NCBI RefSeq assembly: GCF_001194135.2
Contig: NC_068983.1
Span: forward strand, 134,628,545 to 134,670,303
Length of the DNA: 41,759 nt
Reading direction: 5' to 3'
From: Octopus bimaculoides
Lineage: Eukaryota
The notes beneath the pieces were generated by a model. It did no database searches. It saw only the letters and a list, made by a program, of their open reading frames with translations, and was not told the DNA's origin. Below are positions 34,895 through 41,759 of this stretch, in pieces. Position 1 is the first letter of the stretch. Each line of letters begins with the position of its first letter. Position numbers and translations under genes: made by a program.

Positions 34895-35225
34895 ACGTTA
34901 TGAGTGAGGTTATGGCAAAAATAATCATAACCCTAACCGTAATCCTAAAACTAACCCTAACTCTAACACCCGAACCCTAAAACCCTAAGCTAAAACCAGT
35001 ACAAACGCACGAACGATGTCATAAATAAGAGTAACATGGGTAGTTGTTGTTGACAAACAACAGGACTAATTTTATTCAAGGGAAAAGATCTCATGACACC
35101 GTTACGGCATTAATTGTTTTCACCTCAATAGACGTCAGTGATTGGTTGAAATTACCGAAATACGACAATTCTTTTTTACATAAAATAACTTCGAATACAA
35201 AATTTTTTATCTGTTCTATACCACA
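34895..35225. mobile_element. Right half of a second C-type MITE (runs into gap)
   Basis: Near-identical to 33362-33715 (ttatgagtgaggttatggcaaaaataatcataaccc...). Confidence 0.85.
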
Positions 35226-36239
35226 NNNNNNNNNNNNNNNNNNNNNNNNNNNNNNNNNNNNNNNNNNNNNNNNNNNNNNNNNNNNNNNNNNNNNNNNNNN
35301 NNNNNNNNNNNNNNNNNNNNNNNNNNNNNNNNNNNNNNNNNNNNNNNNNNNNNNNNNNNNNNNNNNNNNNNNNNNNNNNNNNNNNNNNNNNNNNNNNNNN
35401 NNNNNNNNNNNNNNNNNNNNNNNNNNNNNNNNNNNNNNNNNNNNNNNNNNNNNNNNNNNNNNNNNNNNNNNNNNNNNNNNNNNNNNNNNNNNNNNNNNNN
35501 NNNNNNNNNNNNNNNNNNNNNNNNNNNNNNNNNNNNNNNNNNNNNNNNNNNNNNNNNNNNNNNNNNNNNNNNNNNNNNNNNNNNNNNNNNNNNNNNNNNN
35601 NNNNNNNNNNNNNNNNNNNNNNNNNNNNNNNNNNNNNNNNNNNNNNNNNNNNNNNNNNNNNNNNNNNNNNNNNNNNNNNNNNNNNNNNNNNNNNNNNNNN
35701 NNNNNNNNNNNNNNNNNNNNNNNNNNNNNNNNNNNNNNNNNNNNNNNNNNNNNNNNNNNNNNNNNNNNNNNNNNNNNNNNNNNNNNNNNNNNNNNNNNNN
35801 NNNNNNNNNNNNNNNNNNNNNNNNNNNNNNNNNNNNNNNNNNNNNNNNNNNNNNNNNNNNNNNNNNNNNNNNNNNNNNNNNNNNNNNNNNNNNNNNNNNN
35901 NNNNNNNNNNNNNNNNNNNNNNNNNNNNNNNNNNNNNNNNNNNNNNNNNNNNNNNNNNNNNNNNNNNNNNNNNNNNNNNNNNNNNNNNNNNNNNNNNNNN
36001 NNNNNNNNNNNNNNNNNNNNNNNNNNNNNNNNNNNNNNNNNNNNNNNNNNNNNNNNNNNNNNNNNNNNNNNNNNNNNNNNNNNNNNNNNNNNNNNNNNNN
36101 NNNNNNNNNNNNNNNNNNNNNNNNNNNNNNNNNNNNNNNNNNNNNNNNNNNTATAAGTATATGTATGAAACGGCCCACGCTAAGTCATAAATGCGAATGT
36201 TAGCGATCAACGACTATTCTAGTTCGTATTCCCAGAAAT

Positions 36240-36547
36240 TATCAAAACCTTTCCCGTGCTTGCAGAAGGCGTGTCATTTCTTTAGATTGTTGTGACGCCA
36301 TTTTGGAAATCTCCAGCACGCATGCGCAGGGTTGGAATCTTTAGGAAGGCTTGCCGGAAGTTCCCTCATGCGCATGCGCAGAAAACTAGCAGCAGCGAAA
36401 TTCTCTTGTACCTCTTTTTTTGACGCTAGTAGCTGAACGATACAGACATGTCTCCAGTAGCTCTCTCGAGCTGCTACCTCGTGGCGCACCCCCGCTATGC
36501 ATGAACGGGCAGGATTGACTCACTCCACTAGACTACTGCGGGTAAGC
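36240..36547. promoter_or_regulatory. CpG-rich housekeeping-type promoter, probably bidirectional; plus-strand exon ending at donor 36541|GTAAGC
   Basis: YY1 CGCCATTTT at 36296-36304, NRF1-like 36316-36328, ETS CCGGAAGT 36354-36361, perfect NRF1 TGCGCATGCGCA 36369-36380, and G|GTAAGC at 36541/36542. Confidence 0.65.
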
Positions 36548-37079
36548 TCCTAGATTGCCGATTCGCCCAGAGGAAGGAAATGTTTTATATTGCGAATCAA
36601 AGAATAAATGTTTATACTGTTGAAGTTAACGAAAAATGTTGACTCCTTCTTCAATTAATATTTAATGTGAAAGACGTGAGCAGCACCTATCCAGTGCGAG
36701 AGTCTCTCATCCTGTTACAAGATGTACTGACTTATCAACGCCTGTTTCCTATCGTCCACTTTTCATATTCATGTTGATATCATTTGACTATCAGACTATC
36801 CCAGTTAATCTTCAGCTTCTTTGTAAAGCCAGTTTTCATAGTCTAGATAACCCAACGTATGCTTTTCTGACTTGGTGCGTATGTTTCATTATTGTTTGTT
36901 TATAGTTATGTTCATATAGTATGGAGTTTTTGACAAGAACCTCCTGATATATTTAATTCCCAAAGAGTAATCCAGTAACTTAATTTATATTTCATTTCAC
37001 TTATAACTAATACTTACTGTGTCTCTCACATTTCTTCGCCCTCTTTCTTTAACTTCCACTATTTCCCACTCGTTTATCT

Positions 37080-37360
37080 TCCCTGCATCTATCCCTTTGT
37101 CACTGATTTTTTTTCTAATCCTTCAATCTCGCTGTCCCCAACCCATTTTTCCTCTTTCCACGTGACCGGTGTCCAGCCAGCCATGATCTTTCTTTCTTGA
37201 CCTGACTGCCGACCGTCAACACGTCTTGTGTCTATGTTCCTGCCTTTAGGCTTTCACTCCATACACGTCAGCTAAATTTCACTATTTTACGACGATGAAT
37301 TGTACGTTAACTATATTACTGTAGCTGTTTCGGCCATGAACATGAAACAACTCCACTTAC
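37080..37360 (+). mobile_element. Possible Penelope-like 3' end fragment
   Basis: Pyrimidine-rich tract followed by ...gacgatgaattgtacg...gtagctgtttcggcc..., resembling PLE 3' ends. Recall only; no coding motif confirmed. Confidence 0.3.
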
Positions 37361-38983
37361 ATTGCAATTTTATTATTTGTGGGTTTTGTTTTTTTCATGT
37401 CCTTGATCTCAATACAGTCTTGTAGTTTTAGTTTCATTTATTATCCTATATCCGCATTTACTATTGATCTTCTCATGTCTTTCACTCAGTAAAGCAAAAA
37501 CAGGTGTTTGACCTAAAATATATATACACCAGCATGACCGCAGCCACTTGGCTGAAACACATAAATAAATAAATAAATAAATATAAACTCGATGAATTTG
37601 TAAATGTATTATCAATTGATGATTCATTGCGGATACTTGGGCAATAAAATTTGTGTAGCAAAAAAAAAAATATATATTGTTCATTATGTTTTGAAGATTT
37701 CATATGAATAATTTATTCTGCTTGTTTCGTTATGTTTGCATTACTTTCCAATGTTTGTAATTTGATTTCGTACGAGGTTTAATTTTGCTGGAATATATAA
37801 TATTTCACTTTTTGGTGACTTACAAGTACATCCTATTATGATATCCAATTCTACAAGTTCTATGAAAATATTTCTACATGAGTCAGCCATGTTTATGTCA
37901 CCCATTGATACATGTGTGAATTGGGACTCGTCATTATTCTTCTTCTTCCATTTTATCCCCTTCGTTTCAAACCGATTTCCAGCTTTACTATAATAGCCAT
38001 GTTTGGCTTCGCTTGCAAGTTCAAAATGATTTAGTTTCCGAAGAGCTACTGGAATTAGCGAAAATGGATTTTTTTTTTTTTGCTAAAACAACAAATCTCT
38101 AAAATATAACTGTGTGTGTGTGTGTGTCTGTGTGCGTGTATGCGTATGTGCGTGCGCGCGCGGTGTATCACACTCTAGAGTAATCTATGATCACGTATGC
38201 AATCATTTACTTGGAATTTTGAAAATGGCCACACTATTTGTGATTTTGACCAATCTTCAGCTTCCTGGAATAAGAAATGCGTTAATTGCAACCGGAAAAG
38301 CAAATACATAGAACACAATGAACACAACAAAATTGTTATATTATGCCAGAAAAAATAGAGTGTGTTTGCGAGCAACTTCATGCCAATCACTTGAGCAGCC
38401 TTCTGCGGATACGGTCTTAGCCAGCGGTTTCCTACACGTTTATACTCATGAGAAATCTTTGAAATTGTAGCGAGCCTTAGGATTTGAAGTCCTTTCGCTA
38501 AATTAGAAGTTCACTATCATGAGTGATCCACAGTTTGTGGCATGCAATCTTCACATGAACACGCTATTTATCAACCAATCAGTTTGCAGATCACGCATCC
38601 AGTAAGAGCATCATCTCAAGTGTCCCTGAGGTTCGCATCCTTTTCTTTAGTTAAACAGATTAGTGCTAAAAATCAACCAGAGCTCTTATGGCATTCAAAG
38701 ACAACATTATTTGGTGTTCTCGCGAAGCTAATCAAGGACAAAACTTCAACAAGATTCAGCGTTCTTGTATCTTTTAGATAACTAATGGCCGAGCAAACAC
38801 AATTAAGTCGATCCCTATATCCTAATCTGCTGTTAAATGTTCGCGAGTTTTGCTTTTGTTTGTAATGTACGTAGACAGCCCAATGTCACGCGATTAATAC
38901 AACTACACCTACCGCGAAAAAATAATTTCATTTCTCAAGGAGGCCGTTCAGAAAAATTGTATCTCTTAATATTTTATTTCTCT

Positions 38984-39130
38984 GTCCGTCGAGGTCGTCT
39001 CAGCTTTTCATCCTTTGGAGGTCGATAAAGTAAGTACCAGTTGATCACTGGGGGTTGGGGGTCGATGCAATCGACTTACCTCCTTCCTCGAAATTACTGG
39101 CTTTGAGCCAAAATTTAAAAGCAATATTTT
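38984..39130 (+). mobile_element. SINE family S1
   Basis: gaggtcg...ttttcatcctttggaggtcgataaagtaagtaccagttg..cactggg...gtcgatgcaatcgactta; plus-strand, CpG-intact version of 3877 and 4500. Confidence 0.75.
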
Positions 39131-39382
39131 TGTTCCTCTGTCATAATGTTATAGAGATCGTCAAACATATTTTTCTGATAATTGATTGAAGCAAAATCTA
39201 ATTTAAGCATTTCTCAAGTTTATTGCAGAAAGAGAGAAAGAGGTAAATAAATGAATAATAATAAATAGCAGAAATGAAATTGTATGTTCATGGAACACAT
39301 AAGGATGGTTTTAAACGCATAAGAAAAAAACAAACAAAAAAACATATCTATATTCATGCACATAAAAAAAAATACGAATAAC

Positions 39383-39387
<5 letters not shown>

Positions 39388-39436
<49 letters not shown>

Positions 39437-39452
39437 ATATATATATATATAT
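39388..39452. repeat. (CT)n-(ATCT)n-(AT)n compound microsatellite
   Basis: Direct read. Confidence 0.9.
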
Positions 39453-39454
39453 AA

Positions 39455-39780
39455 ATGGCCCAGTGGTTAGGGTAGCGGACTCGCGGTTTCGATTCCCAGA
39501 CCGGGCGTTGTGAATGTTTATTGAGCGAAAAAGACCTAAAGCACCATGAGGCTTCCACCACAGCTTTCTCTCACTCTTACTTCATGTTTCTGTTGTGCCT
39601 GTAATTCAAAGGGTCAACCTTGTCACACTGTGTCACGCTGAATATCCCCGAGAACTACGTTAAGGGTACACGTGTCTGTGGAGTGCTCAGCCACTTGCAC
39701 GTTAATTTCACGAGCAGGCTGTTCCGTTGATCCGATCAACTGGAACCCTCGACGTCGTAAGCGACGGAGTGCCAACAACA
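39455..39780 (+). mobile_element. tRNA-derived SINE (family S3)
   Basis: A-box TGGCCCAGTGG at 39456-39466, B-box-like ggtttcgattccc at 39485, non-tRNA body, (ACA)n-like tail, inserted next to a microsatellite. Confidence 0.75.
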
Positions 39781-40919
39781 TATATAAAACACAGGATGTG
39801 TATATGTGTGTTTGTCACGTCGTTAAAACTCGAGATCCACCCAACCGATTTTAATAAAATTTTACACATGCAGTACATAAGGTCTATAGGAAAGTTGGTT
39901 ATACATCATTAGATGTACACCACTTTCCTATATAAAATTAAGAATATAACGGAACGCTGAACTCCAGACTATCAACTTAAACAACATTTGTTCAGGTGGT
40001 AAATATATACATCTTTAGCTCTTGTTTGTTGTTACAGCTTCTGTGTGTGTGAGCATGGTTGTTCGGACGTTGGTATGTAGATGTGCCGCGAGCTGTCTAG
40101 CGTAAGTTCGAAAGATGGTGAGAGACAGCTAAACACGTCCATGCTCAATCGCTGGCCAGCAAGAAAGAGACTGTCTCCAGAGTTGGAATGTTGGAGACAC
40201 TGCTTGACACGTCCATGCTCATGGTCGGCCGACCGAGAAAGAGAGAGATCAAAGCGGGAAAGCTTGGTATGTTGAATCCCACGCATGCGCACGACGTTAC
40301 TACAGGTCCATGGAGTATCATAGGCCAAAAACGTTTTCAACTTCTGGCCTAATACAGATAAACCGCATTTTTAAAGCAATTTCGCAGCGCTATGGCCCGT
40401 AACTTGAAGAGTAACCAGTCGCTTTCCTCCAAATTTGCAACATACATTTATCAGACTCCTCGAATTGCTGTGAACTAAAAAAAATTTCTGACGCCGACTA
40501 TGGACCGCCACCAAAAATGCAGATTAATCAGATTTGAGTATACTGCATTGGGTTTTATCTTTGTTTTAGGCCATTTTCCGACGATAACATATTGACAGTA
40601 CTTATGCATTGTAAGTAGCGTATAATATTTCATGAAAACCTTTTTGTCCAGTTTGGCAGAGGAAATGAGAACATTAAAATTTTTGTTGGCGCCCTGTTGA
40701 TGCTTCATGTTACCATTCCACGCACCACTGGGGCCATGTGCGTGCGGCTGGGTAAAGGCACAACAAACCCATTCATTCATTCTCCAGAAGTGCCCTGTTG
40801 ATGTTTCACGTTTCCAATCCTGCGCAACGCAGCATGGCATGGCAGCAAGTCTGCTTTCTATGTCATCTATGTCTGAACTATATAATGCAAAATATTCATG
40901 CAAAAAACATAAACTGCTA

Positions 40920-41420
40920 ACTGTTGTGACTCACAGCCATTCGAGTTTGACCGCGTGACCACTTCCGGAAGCTACACTCGCCACCTGCCATTAGTCCCCC
41001 CGCCCCGTGTTCTTCCTCCATTTAGTAGGACGAGTAAATACAGGGTGTCCCAGAATTAGTGATGATTTGAGTGAAATCGGATGCATTTTTTAAAAACTCA
41101 TTTTTATATATGTATATCATGTTTGATATGTGTTTGTAGTGAAGCTACCTATCGCCATTAGATACAAAACTGCTATCGCCATTCTTCTCATTTAAATATA
41201 AACAAGCGCGAGCGTAGCGGAAAACACCAACCTTGTCATCACGTGACTGATTATTATTTGAAGCGGCAACTTCTTCGAACCGTTCCCGCCAGAACGCAAA
41301 CTGACCAATCACGGCCCCTAATAAGGTCACGTGATAGAGTATTTTTCTGAAGCCTTCGGGAGCCGATATTTCGCTATAAATAGACCAACTCATACCCAGC
41401 AAATTTGTCTCAGTTCAGTT
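40920..41420 (+). promoter_or_regulatory. TATA-containing Pol II promoter of an unidentified plus-strand gene
   Basis: AP-1 TGACTCA 40927, ETS ACTTCCGGAAG 40961, GC box CCCCGCCCC 40998, E-boxes CACGTG 41240 and 41328, CCAAT 41305, CArG CCTAATAAGG 41317-41326, TATAAATAG 41375, and Inr-like TCAGTT at 41410 and 41415. Confidence 0.7.
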
Positions 41421-41759
41421 CTCTTTGAGATCTGTGCCGTGTACCACACGACAGCAGCAGCAGCGATCAGCCAGCGACCACTTCTACAGTTTCGTCCAAC
41501 CACGACCCACCGCCGTCGCCACATCAGCAACACGAGTCTACGACTACTAACCACCATCATCGTCATGACCAACACGATTCTACGATTACTACTAACCAGC
41601 ATCAATCTCCACCAGCGTCTACACGACTTTCTATGTACACCAAACTAAACCACCGCGGCACATCTCTCTCTTCGATTCTGTTAGGTGACTTAGCTTCACC
41701 ACGATAATAAACAGACAAGAGATTTCAGCCTGCGATAAACGTCTGACCTCAAGGCCCTG
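41410..41759 (+). other. Putative 5' leader / first exon with short ORFs (41565-41648, 41633-41707)
   Basis: C/A-rich CpG-retaining sequence directly after the TATA and Inr. No recognisable protein homology. Confidence 0.45.

Larger units (their letters stand above)
1042..36151. other. Assembly gaps: 1042-1268, 11919-12005, 20405-20720, 27619-28431, 30758-31387, 31826-31835, 35226-36151
   Basis: N runs; most abut microsatellites or repeats. Confidence 0.99.

Noticed and set aside
972-36210. Long ORFs containing X runs (e.g. 27578-28579, 30642-31484, 35044-36156)
   Set aside because: They only span N-gaps and carry no coding evidence.
36242-36301. Resemblance of MASQQSKEMTRLLQARE to the V-ATPase subunit G N-terminus (MASQSQGIQQLLQAEK)
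   Set aside because: That protein is highly conserved and the match is too loose. The frame also stops after 19 codons.
39455-39500. tRNA gene
   Set aside because: A/B boxes are present but there is no cloverleaf, and the sequence continues into a SINE body.
40475-40958. 142-aa (-) and 83-aa (+) ORFs
   Set aside because: No recognisable domain; the region looks like non-coding transposon interior or promoter-proximal sequence.
41265-41360. Heat-shock element
   Set aside because: GAA/TTC units do not have the required 2-nt spacing.
1-41759. CRISPR arrays, operons, rRNA
   Set aside because: The sequence is eukaryotic, with no regularly spaced repeat-spacer arrays and no rRNA-like sequence.

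Overview
AT-rich, gapped eukaryotic (animal) genomic DNA. From recall, the SINE and RTE-tail repeat families look like those of Octopus (coleoid cephalopod); this was not database-checked. Only one host coding exon is recognisable: the first coding exon of a phosphatidylserine synthase 1 (PTDSS1)-like gene on the minus strand (29512-29702, phase-2 GT donor). Everything to its left appears to be a strongly CpG-depleted intron of at least 29 kb, filled with decayed Penelope, RTE, RLE-type LINE and Tigger relics, SINEs and MITEs. The right third retains CpG and holds two promoter-like islands. One is a YY1/NRF1/ETS, probably bidirectional, island at about 36.3 kb. The other is a plus-strand AP-1/ETS/GC-box/E-box/CCAAT/CArG/TATA promoter at about 41.0-41.4 kb, followed by a leader with short ORFs. 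The most unusual structure is a set of GG...CC-ended non-autonomous foldback elements carrying telomere-like TTAGGG/CCCTAA blocks, two with perfect 8-bp TSDs, clustered around the PTDSS1 5' end. Most ORFs in the supplied track are artefacts of N-gaps, microsatellites or repeats. No CRISPR, rRNA or intact tRNA gene was found.
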